DNA from: an uncultured Prevotellaceae bacterium
GTDB lineage: Bacteria > Bacteroidota > Bacteroidia > Bacteroidales > Bacteroidaceae
Direction of reading: 5' to 3'
Assembly (NCBI GenBank): GCA_947174565.1
Contig: CAMWJL010000001.1
Span: 3,946 to 67,945, forward strand
DNA length: 64,000 bases
Below are positions 1 to 8,111 of the stretch, in pieces. Every line of letters starts with the position of its first letter. Positions within the stretch are counted from its first letter, which is position 1. The position numbers were made by a program, and so were the translations under genes. The notes beneath the pieces were generated by a model. It was not told the DNA's origin. It saw only the letters and a list, made by a program, of their open reading frames with translations, and did no database searches.

Positions 1-10
1 CATAACAAGA

Positions 11-37
11 GGGGCTGAACCAAATCGGTTCAGCCCC
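11..37. terminator. GC-rich hairpin at the window edge, probably the terminator of a gene outside the window
   Basis: GGGGCTGAACC (11-21) pairs with GGTTCAGCCCC (27-37) around a 5-nt loop. Orientation is ambiguous. Confidence 0.4.
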
Positions 38-219
38 TTATCGTTGCCTTTGTATCAAATTCAAAAGTTCCGGGTCAATATCTGAAAATCTGTATGCGCC
101 ATTCTTCCGAACTTTACCGCCGAGAACGATGAGACACGGCGCGTTACGCCTGTGCATCATTCATTACACATTATTATATTTATTAACAGTTTTATCTAAC
201 CAATCAAAACCAAAAACTC

Positions 220-3200
220 ATGAAAAAACTATTCATGTTTGTTCTGACGCTGGCTGCCTCCATGGGGGGGGTAGTTCACGCGCAAAGTGCTGCCGACTGG
301 CAGGCTGGTGATGATGTTACTGCACAGATAGGACTGGGCGACTGCGACGGCACGTTTACGGGCGAGTCGAAACCCAATGACTATGATGGCGGTGACGTAA
401 CCTCAATTGGTAACTACTGGAAGGGCAGCATGCCCAACGAGTTCCGAGCAGTTGAAGACGGCAAGGGTGTTCTTGCTTTCTACAACCAAAAGGAGTTCGA
501 CATCTACCAGGTAGTGCAGCTCCCTGCTGGTTCTTACACCATCAAGGTGCAGTCCTACTACCGCGAGGGCAACCCTAACGACACCTTCGCGAACTGGAAC
601 AACAAGGGTCGTGTCAAGAAGAACGCTTACCTCTATGCCTCTATCTTGAACGCCGCATCGGAAGTGGAGCGCGATTTCAGCAAACTGATTCGCTCAATGG
701 CTCAGACTTCTAACACCGTTTCCCAGTACACATCAGACAAGGACTGGGCATCTGACGCTCACCGCACCGTGACTTACGGTGTGGAAGAACCGCTCGAAGT
801 CTATTTCCCAAGCTGTAACATCGGTAACTACTATCACCTCTCACAGGGCTTCTACCCCAACGAGATGAAGATTGTGCTCTCTGAGCCAGCCGCTGTCCGC
901 ATGGGTATCCGCAAGGTAGCCTCTATCCCAGAGGATTACGTGCCACTCTACGACTTCCAGGTTATCTACAACGGTCCAGCCGATGATGAAGCTGTGCTCG
1001 ACGCTGCTCGCGAAGACTGCCATCAGGCTCTTTCAGAGCTTGAGGACTTCAAGACTCAGTTGGAAGACGCTGGCTTTGAAGGCTTTGCTGGTGCTGTCAG
1101 CGACATCCTGATTGACCTTGAGGAGCAAATCGACGACGCTGAGTCAACCGAAGCACTCGACGCTATCCTTGCAAACATCAATGCAACCGTTGATAACTAC
1201 CTCAAGAGCCTCGCTTCTGTCAATAGCTTGGACGACCTCATCAGCATGTCTGAGGACATGTTGGCATCAACCGAGTTCCCTGGCTACGATGCTTTCAAGG
1301 CTGCAGTAGAGAAGGCTCAGGCCGACGCAAAGACCGACGACGTTGAAGCTCTTGGCGATGACCCAGGTGCATACTTCGCAGGTGTGTACAACACTCTTGC
1401 AGAGGCTCGCGCCAACTACCTCGACTCTCAGGAGAAAGATGCAGATGGTGCTAAGGACTTCTCTGCTCTGATTAAGCATCCTTGGTTCGTGAACCCTGAA
1501 TACACTCCAACTCAGAACGAGGACGGCACTTGGACGCTGAAGGAAGGGACTTGGAACTGGGGCAACGTTGGTAACCCTGGCGACTACTCAACAAATGGTG
1601 GCAGCAGAACTGACATCAGCTCAAAGGTAAGCTTGGGCACTGACGCTTCTATCAACAACCAGTGGTACAAGAGACTGAAAGCCTTCGGTGGCGGATGGTC
1701 AGCCAACAGCTTCCACCTGTTCTATCAGGCAGGTCTGATTGGTGTCAGCCAAGGCTGGTGCTCTGGCTTCGACGATTGGGAAGGTGTTTGCCAGCAGTTG
1801 GTTGGTCTTCCAAATGGTTACTACAGCTTGAAGGCACTGGTGCGCGGTAACAACGCCGACCCATGGAATGAAGACAATCTTCCTCCATACCACAACATCT
1901 TCGCAGAGAACTCAGAGGAAGTGAGAGTGACATCTATTGTTGGTCATACAGACAGCTACTATTGCAAGCAACTGCTTTCTGCCGATAACGGATGGTATGA
2001 GTGGAATCCTGTCATCTGGCAGGAGCACAAGACTGGCACAATCCAGGTGAGCGACGGTAAGCTCCTCATCGGTGGTCAGAGTAGCATGCTCGCTAACTTC
2101 ACAGGCTTCCGCCTGCTGTTCTACGGCACAGAGCCTCCATTCTCCGCCCTGATTCAGAAAGAGCTTGACGCCATCAACGCTGATAAGGAAGGTCTCTTCA
2201 AGGGCGACATCAAGGCTGTTGACAACCTCCTTGCAAAGATTGCACTGCCTATCCCAGACGCTGCCGCTTACGATGCTGCATTGGTGGTTATCAACGAGGC
2301 AAATGACTATATCAACTTTGCCAAGTCGGCTATTAAGAAGAACAATGCACATGAAACCTACACCAACTTGATGGACAAATACACCACTGCCGACGAAGTG
2401 GCAATGCTCGAGCCAGCGCAGATGTATGCCATCAACTTGGGTGAGAACGACGATGACGTTTACACAATGGTTGAACCTGCCATTGCCGCAGCTGCCAAGT
2501 ATAGCACTTACATGGAGCTGTATCACGCCGCTACTGCATACAAGGAGACCATCGGCAAGATTCTTACAGAACAGACTGATGCCCTCAAGGCTGGACACAA
2601 GAATGCTGAGACCATGCAGAAGTTCATCGAAACGCTCCAGTCAGCATACAACCGTGAAATGTTCGCTGACAAGGGTGCAGCCGACGCAACAGCAGAGCAA
2701 CCTCTTGACATCACAAGCCTCATCGTGAACCCATCCTTCACCAACAGCCCATCTGACGGCTGGTCAGGCGAGACTCCTACTGTCAATGAGTACGGACGCA
2801 GCAACGCTGAGCTGTGGAACAAGAACGCATTCACGCTCTCACAGAAGATTGCAGGTCTCCCAGCTGGTACATACGAACTCCGTGTAAAGGCAATCTACCG
2901 CGATGGTGGTTCTGTTACACCTGAGCTTGTAGAGGGTTACAACAATGCTGGCAGCGTAGAGGCATGGAGCAACCACAACGCACAGCTCTTTGCCAAGGTT
3001 TCTGACGACAACGACCAGTTCTCTTACATCAAGGCTATCGAGTCTCTCAAGACCAATGAGAACACATTCACATACGTAGCTACTGCCTTCGAGGAGGAGG
3101 AGCAAGATGACGAGTCAATGCTGAGATTCGCCACCAAGTTCCAAAAGATTGCAGGCACAGAGATTCCTGCTGAAGAAATCTATGGCGAACCAGCTGTGGA

Positions 3201-3597
3201 AGACAAAGCAGAAGGTGAGTACCCATTCGACACCAAGGTTACAGTTGGTGAAGAGACCCTCTACTATCCTTCATCAATGCAGGGCTTCTACCAGTGGTGC
3301 GTGAAGGCTCCAGAGGCTGTGTCCAACAGCGTGCAGATTACGATCGAGGATGGTGAAACCCTCGAAATCGGTATCCGCAAGACTGCAGCCATCGGTAGCG
3401 ACTGGGTCATCTTCGACGACTTCCAGCTCTTCTACCTCTCTGGCGACACGTTCAAGGAAACGCTCACAGGTGTTGAAGAAGTTGCCGCTCCTGTCAAGAA
3501 GGGCGACAAGGCTATCTACAACCTCGCTGGTCAGAAGGTGGATGCAAGCTACAAGGGCATCGTTATTCAGGACGGCGTAAAGCGTCTCAACAAGTAA
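220..3597 (+). CDS. Large secreted T9SS cargo protein with three beta-sandwich/CBM-like modules, helical Ala/Asp/Glu-rich linkers and a C-terminal sorting domain
   Basis: 1125-aa ORF with signal peptide MKKLFMFVLTLAASMGGVVHA/QS. Three related modules are visible: LPAGSYTIKVQSYYREG, LPNGYYSLKALVRGNN and LPAGTYELRVKAIYRDGG. Modules 1 and 3 end in GIRK..FQ(V/L).Y. The C-terminus AIYNLAGQKVDASYKGIVIQDGVKRLNK resembles a Por/T9SS CTD. Confidence 0.8.
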   Translation: MKKLFMFVLTLAASMGGVVHAQSAADWQAGDDVTAQIGLGDCDGTFTGESKPNDYDGGDVTSIGNYWKGSMPNEFRAVEDGKGVLAFYNQKEFDIYQVVQLPAGSYTIKVQSYYREGNPNDTFANWNNKGRVKKNAYLYASILNAASEVERDFSKLIRSMAQTSNTVSQYTSDKDWASDAHRTVTYGVEEPLEVYFPSCNIGNYYHLSQGFYPNEMKIVLSEPAAVRMGIRKVASIPEDYVPLYDFQVIYNGPADDEAVLDAAREDCHQALSELEDFKTQLEDAGFEGFAGAVSDILIDLEEQIDDAESTEALDAILANINATVDNYLKSLASVNSLDDLISMSEDMLASTEFPGYDAFKAAVEKAQADAKTDDVEALGDDPGAYFAGVYNTLAEARANYLDSQEKDADGAKDFSALIKHPWFVNPEYTPTQNEDGTWTLKEGTWNWGNVGNPGDYSTNGGSRTDISSKVSLGTDASINNQWYKRLKAFGGGWSANSFHLFYQAGLIGVSQGWCSGFDDWEGVCQQLVGLPNGYYSLKALVRGNNADPWNEDNLPPYHNIFAENSEEVRVTSIVGHTDSYYCKQLLSADNGWYEWNPVIWQEHKTGTIQVSDGKLLIGGQSSMLANFTGFRLLFYGTEPPFSALIQKELDAINADKEGLFKGDIKAVDNLLAKIALPIPDAAAYDAALVVINEANDYINFAKSAIKKNNAHETYTNLMDKYTTADEVAMLEPAQMYAINLGENDDDVYTMVEPAIAAAAKYSTYMELYHAATAYKETIGKILTEQTDALKAGHKNAETMQKFIETLQSAYNREMFADKGAADATAEQPLDITSLIVNPSFTNSPSDGWSGETPTVNEYGRSNAELWNKNAFTLSQKIAGLPAGTYELRVKAIYRDGGSVTPELVEGYNNAGSVEAWSNHNAQLFAKVSDDNDQFSYIKAIESLKTNENTFTYVATAFEEEEQDDESMLRFATKFQKIAGTEIPAEEIYGEPAVEDKAEGEYPFDTKVTVGEETLYYPSSMQGFYQWCVKAPEAVSNSVQITIEDGETLEIGIRKTAAIGSDWVIFDDFQLFYLSGDTFKETLTGVEEVAAPVKKGDKAIYNLAGQKVDASYKGIVIQDGVKRLNK
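264..271 (+). repeat. G8 homopolymer (T-G8-TAG module) inside the signal-peptide codons of the T9SS cargo gene
   Basis: catGGGGGGGGtag, read in frame as ATG GGG GGG GTA G. G7 would give ATG GGG GGG TAG. Confidence 0.9.
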
Positions 3598-3631
3598 TCC
3601 CTCATTAGCATTCACAATTCTTAAATAAAGC

Positions 3632-3665
3632 ACCCGCCGCTCGGCATGAGCGGCGGGTCTTTTTT
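3632..3665 (+). terminator. Rho-independent terminator of the T9SS cargo gene
   Basis: ACCCGCCGCTC (3632-3642), loop ggcat, GAGCGGCGGGT (3648-3658), followed by cTTTTTTg. Confidence 0.8.
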
Positions 3666-3686
3666 GTGCCTTACAAAGCCACAAAA

Positions 3687-3751
3687 GGGGTCTGAGTCAC
3701 ACCCTGTTTGAGGTCTGAGTCACACCCCAAACAGGGTGTGACTCAGACCCC
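3687..3751. repeat. Composite palindromic repeat: two direct copies plus one inverted copy of GGTCTGAGTCACACCC
   Basis: GGGGTCTGAGTCACACCCTGTTTG (3687-3710) and CAAACAGGGTGTGACTCAGACCCC (3728-3751) form a 24-bp inverted repeat. An extra direct copy GGTCTGAGTCACACCC lies at 3712-3727. The element sits between convergent genes. Confidence 0.8.
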
Positions 3752-3812
3752 TTTTAGGGCTGTAAAAGCACGCCATGACAGGGAGTGAATGATGGAGCGT
3801 GGCAATGCACCC

Positions 3813-5147
3813 TTAGACCTCTTTCTCGCACAGGAAGTCAGGGGTGCGGCGGATGTACTCGAAGCCGAACCTGCAGCGCAGACAGTCGCGACGCTGGCAG
3901 TAGTTGTGGTGAAGTTGGAGAAGTGCCTGAGAGTCGGCAGCAGTGTCGCAGGGAATGCCAGCAGCCGCCCAGTCGCGGATGATGGCATTGTTCTCGGGCG
4001 GCAGTTGCTGCCACAAGGCGAAAGCGCGGTCGCAGAGGCTGTGGTCGGACTTGTAGCGACCATAGGCAAAGAGCATGGGAGCCACGCTGTTGATGACGAG
4101 AAGCTGGATGGATGCCGACGAGAGCGACTTCTCCATCGGCTTGGTGGGCTGAGAGGCAAAGGTGTAGTGGGTGCGCCAGTAGTCGCTCACATGGGTGAGA
4201 AACAAGGCACTCACCTCTTCGAGGCTCTCAGCGTTGAGCAACCGAGAGAGGTTGAGCCGCTGCTCGTAGTAGAGCATGGCAAGCTGCGCGATGCGGATGT
4301 GGGGGAAGTTGTGAGGACGAAGCCTCAGGAACTTCCAAACACTAACAGAGATGGGCGTGAGGGAGAATTTGTGACGGAGATAACGGTACTCCTTCTGCAA
4401 TCGGTAGTAGTAGTCATCCTGCGTCCCTACGCCTTGTGACACAGGAGGTTCTCCCTGCGGAGACACGTCTTCGAGCAGACCTGCCTGACCGAAGAAGATG
4501 GCTTCAATCTGAAACAGGTTGTCGCGATGCTTGCCCACCGCCATCATGGGGATGGAACACGCCCACTGCTCGAAAGCGTCGCCATTGATGCCAAAGCCGA
4601 AACTGCGGGCAAGGGTGACAAAGAGGGTGTCCTCCCAGTTCTTGTCGAGGCTCTCGCGCCGCTGCATGATTTGGCGAGCACGCTCCTCGAACCGCTGGAG
4701 GGTGAGGGAGGTCAGCCAGTTGTGTACCTGAAAGAGAGGCAGCCCCCCTACCACCTCGCGACAACGGGGACGGGCATCATTGCGGCTGAGGGCAGTGTAG
4801 TTCTCGCGCACCGAAACGGGCACGGAGAGCTGCAACTGCGGAATGGGCTGTCCGTTAGGATAGCAGAGCGGCTGGTCGATGTCAGTCGCCACATGCAGAA
4901 TGATGTTATCGTAGGCAGGATTGGTGTCGTGGTGATGCCGAAACCAGTCGCTGCTCTTGAGATGCAGCTCCACGTTGCCCACCCATTCCGTACCGTCCAG
5001 TTTAATCTTCGCCCCCGTGAAGTCGGGGCCTGCATCAGTGTTGTGAATGCCAGGACTGAGCACCTCCAGCAAGCGTCCGTCGGTGGTGCGAAGCTCGCGC
5101 AGGGGGAAAAGCTTGTGCATCCATGTGTAATGCAAGAGTTGTTCCAT
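3813..5147 (-). CDS. DUF2851 family protein
   Basis: 444 aa. The N-terminus MEQLLHYTWMHKLF..GIHNTDAGPDFTGAKIKLDGTEWVGNVELHLKSSDW..YDNIILHV matches my memory of the DUF2851 pattern. Confidence 0.75.
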   Translation of the reverse strand: MEQLLHYTWMHKLFPLRELRTTDGRLLEVLSPGIHNTDAGPDFTGAKIKLDGTEWVGNVELHLKSSDWFRHHHDTNPAYDNIILHVATDIDQPLCYPNGQPIPQLQLSVPVSVRENYTALSRNDARPRCREVVGGLPLFQVHNWLTSLTLQRFEERARQIMQRRESLDKNWEDTLFVTLARSFGFGINGDAFEQWACSIPMMAVGKHRDNLFQIEAIFFGQAGLLEDVSPQGEPPVSQGVGTQDDYYYRLQKEYRYLRHKFSLTPISVSVWKFLRLRPHNFPHIRIAQLAMLYYEQRLNLSRLLNAESLEEVSALFLTHVSDYWRTHYTFASQPTKPMEKSLSSASIQLLVINSVAPMLFAYGRYKSDHSLCDRAFALWQQLPPENNAIIRDWAAAGIPCDTAADSQALLQLHHNYCQRRDCLRCRFGFEYIRRTPDFLCEKEV

Positions 5148-5254
5148 GTTTTGCGTTAAAAAATCTTTTCAAGTGAGACAAAGTTACTACTTTCCATTCA
5201 AATCTCTCGTTTCTTTGCAAAGATATTACTAATTTTGCAGACAAAAGAGAGCTG

Positions 5255-6436
5255 ATGGCGAAACGATTCACGCATATTGACTGCTTTGCAGGACCAGGAG
5301 GCATTTGCACTGGTCTTCATGCTGCTGACTTCGAGACATTAGTGGCGATTGAGTATGTCAAAAGTTGCTGTGAAACTTACCAATACAACCATCCCGAGGT
5401 GCATGTGATACACTCTGACATCCGAAAGGTGGGAAAGGAGGACATCGAAAAGTATATACCTCAAGAAGGCGTGGATTTGGTGACATCGGGAATGCCATGC
5501 GAGACATTCAGCAATGCGGGCACAACGTCGCGTTCATTCTATGATGACCGTCAATTTCTTTTCCGCGAGGGCATTAGGATTGCCCAACTGGCAAATGCGA
5601 AGATGATTCTGTTTGAGAATGTTCCCGGGATTACTTCCAAGACTGTTGCTGCGGACGACCCCACGTTAATCATCAATGTGCTGAAACAAGAGTTGAAGGA
5701 AGCTGGATACGAGAATTACATCGAGGCGAAACTCAGCGCAGTGGATTTTGGCGTTCCGCAGAAGCGTGTGAGGTATTTTATATTGGCGACACGGTTTAAG
5801 GATTGGGAGTTGTCGGCACCAACGCCAACACACACAGAAGCCGTCACCGTTGGAGATGCCTTGGCAGGACTGCCCGAGGTTTTCCCTAATACGGATATAT
5901 ATGGGACAGAATACACCAAAGAGGCATCGGCATATTCTAACCTAATGCGCAATCTCGAATTTTGGCATAGAGAGTCATTCGATGACTCAAAAATTGTCAA
6001 TCATTTCCCCATGCGCCATAAGGCTGGGACACTGAAACGTTTTTCACTGATTCGCCCAGGAGAGGGAGTGAAACATTTATTTGCACGTCTAAGTACAGAA
6101 GAAATAGCAAAGCTTCAAGCACAGAAGGTGTTGCCCAAAAAGGTTTTTGCAAAGAGGAATATCCGACTGGAAAAAGACAGACCTGCCTTAACCGTAACGA
6201 GCCATTGTCTTGATGAAAACATCCATCCCATTCAGGACAGAGCACTCACCGTCAGGGAATGCGCCCGTTTGCAGTCATTCCCAGACACTTACTATTTCTG
6301 TGGTCCCTATTCAGTTTCTCATGACAATAGGGATGTACAGGACAAATACGAACAGATTGGCGATGCAGTCCCTCCACTTTTGGCATACGCATGGGGCAGC
6401 AACATCAGCAACATCCTAAACAGATACACGCTATGA
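5255..6436 (+). CDS. DNA (cytosine-5)-methyltransferase, modification subunit of a type II R-M pair
   Basis: C5-MTase motifs: I FAGPGG, IV GMPCETFS (catalytic Cys), VI ENVPG, VIII QKRVRYFILA, then TVRECARLQSFPD and GDAVPP. Confidence 0.9.
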   Translation: MAKRFTHIDCFAGPGGICTGLHAADFETLVAIEYVKSCCETYQYNHPEVHVIHSDIRKVGKEDIEKYIPQEGVDLVTSGMPCETFSNAGTTSRSFYDDRQFLFREGIRIAQLANAKMILFENVPGITSKTVAADDPTLIINVLKQELKEAGYENYIEAKLSAVDFGVPQKRVRYFILATRFKDWELSAPTPTHTEAVTVGDALAGLPEVFPNTDIYGTEYTKEASAYSNLMRNLEFWHRESFDDSKIVNHFPMRHKAGTLKRFSLIRPGEGVKHLFARLSTEEIAKLQAQKVLPKKVFAKRNIRLEKDRPALTVTSHCLDENIHPIQDRALTVRECARLQSFPDTYYFCGPYSVSHDNRDVQDKYEQIGDAVPPLLAYAWGSNISNILNRYTL

Positions 6437-7311
6437 ATATCGAAGAGAAAATCTATGATTATAGTTTGTCTCACTACAACAATGTGTACAAGCTGACAAA
6501 GGAAAGGCTGGAAGCCGAAGCAATGGACAAACCCCACAACAGCATCCTGTCTGATTCAAAGAAGAAAGAGATTGAAAATCTTGCCCAGCTCGAAGCTATC
6601 AAGACAACAATGACGGATGGGAGATTATTGTTCCCTGATGACATTCCCTTGCTTTGGAACTCTATCTATAAGGCACATCTGTACCGCAAGTCGGGTATAA
6701 GCGACCCCGAAGTTGTGGCAAATGCAATTGCAGCGGCTCAAAGTTGGAAAGCTGCTTCTGGACACGCTTTTGAATATATGACAAAGGATTTGGCTACGCT
6801 TGCTTTTCATGGAACGTCCATTCGTTTCATTTTGCAAAAGGATTTGAACACCTTATTGAAAGCAAACGAATTAGCCAACGAGGTGAGGGATATCAGTTGG
6901 CTAAAGGAGCAAGTCAAGACAGACAATTTTGACCTTTATGCGGTCAATGATGTAGATGACAAGACTTATTGCTTTGGATGTGTACAATGCAAAACAAGCA
7001 TTCGCGACAGAGTTTCGCGCGACAGGGAAATTTCTTCGACAGCTATGAGTGCTTACTTTTGGAGTATCTCCATCGTGCTTGACGGGACTTATCTTAGTAC
7101 ACCCAAATACCGCACAATGGTAAATGGCGGTGAGAGTCCGTTCTTGGACAATGGTTGGCACGGCATGTACGACCTTTCGGGTTGCTATCCTGTTGACCGC
7201 ATCTATGCCCTTGACGTACAATTCGATTTATTACGCAGCCATGCGATACAAGCAAAAGACGCTTGGTTGAAGCAAAGGCAGTGGCTTGACAGAACTTGGA
7301 GAGCAAAATAG
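6433..7311 (+). CDS. Putative type II restriction endonuclease, PD-(D/E)xK fold, CC:GG-family-like
   Basis: 292 aa counted from the ATG at 6433. That ATG overlaps the methylase stop as ATGA. Candidate catalytic and recognition block: NFD167 .. QCK187-TSI-R191-D192-R193 .. E199. No other family is recognisable by eye. Confidence 0.6.
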   Translation: MNIEEKIYDYSLSHYNNVYKLTKERLEAEAMDKPHNSILSDSKKKEIENLAQLEAIKTTMTDGRLLFPDDIPLLWNSIYKAHLYRKSGISDPEVVANAIAAAQSWKAASGHAFEYMTKDLATLAFHGTSIRFILQKDLNTLLKANELANEVRDISWLKEQVKTDNFDLYAVNDVDDKTYCFGCVQCKTSIRDRVSRDREISSTAMSAYFWSISIVLDGTYLSTPKYRTMVNGGESPFLDNGWHGMYDLSGCYPVDRIYALDVQFDLLRSHAIQAKDAWLKQRQWLDRTWRAK

Positions 7312-7346
7312 CATTATAAAAAAACAATTTGAAAAAATAAAAAGAG

Positions 7347-8102
7347 ATGAAAATAGCATTGATAGGATATGGCAAGATGGGCAAGATGATTGAGCAGATT
7401 GCCTTGAACCGCGGTCACGAAATCGTGAGCATCATCGACATTGACAATCAGGAAGATTTTGAGAGCGAGGCGTTTGCCAGTGCCGACGTGGCCATCGAGT
7501 TCACCACCCCCATGACTGCCTATGGCAACTACCTGAAGGCATGGAAGGCTGGCGTGAAGGTGGTGAGCGGCAGCACGGGCTGGCTGAAGGAGCATGGCGA
7601 CGATGTGAAGAAGGCATGCACGGAGGGTGGCAAGACACTCTTTTGGGCCAGCAACTACTCAATCGGTGTGGCCATCTTCAGTGCCGTGAACAAGTATCTG
7701 GCGAGCATCATGAATCAGTTCCCCCAGTATGACGTGAAGGAGGTGGAGACGCACCACATCCACAAGCTCGACCATCCGTCGGGCACGGGCATCACGCTGG
7801 CTGAGCAGATTGTGGAACGCTTGGACCGCAAGAAGGACTGGACAATGGGCTACTTGCAGCAGCCTGACGGCACGGTGGAAGGCTCAGACGAGGTGGCCGA
7901 AGACCTGTTGCCCATCAGCAGCATCCGACGCGACGAAGTGCCTGGCATCCACTCGATTACGTGGAACAGCGAGGCTGACCAAATCACCATCACGCACGAT
8001 GCACACTCGCGTCAGGGCTTTGCGCTGGGGGCTGTCATCGCAGCAGAGTTCACCGCACAGCACGAGGGACTGCTCTCGACCGACGACCTTTTCAAATTCT
8101 AA
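7347..8102 (+). CDS. dapB: 4-hydroxy-tetrahydrodipicolinate reductase
   Basis: MKIALIGYGKMG Rossmann N-terminus and the ETHHIHKLDHPSGTG signature. Confidence 0.9.
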   Translation: MKIALIGYGKMGKMIEQIALNRGHEIVSIIDIDNQEDFESEAFASADVAIEFTTPMTAYGNYLKAWKAGVKVVSGSTGWLKEHGDDVKKACTEGGKTLFWASNYSIGVAIFSAVNKYLASIMNQFPQYDVKEVETHHIHKLDHPSGTGITLAEQIVERLDRKKDWTMGYLQQPDGTVEGSDEVAEDLLPISSIRRDEVPGIHSITWNSEADQITITHDAHSRQGFALGAVIAAEFTAQHEGLLSTDDLFKF

Positions 8103-8111
8103 CAGGAGACC

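Noticed and set aside
5179-5240. A fourth, highly decayed IS982-like fragment (GAGACAAAGTTACTAC..) upstream of the methyltransferase
   Set aside because: Similarity is limited to about 13 nt that coincide with the generic CAAAnnTA (-7 box, minus strand) of the DUF2851 promoter region. That is too short to claim homology.
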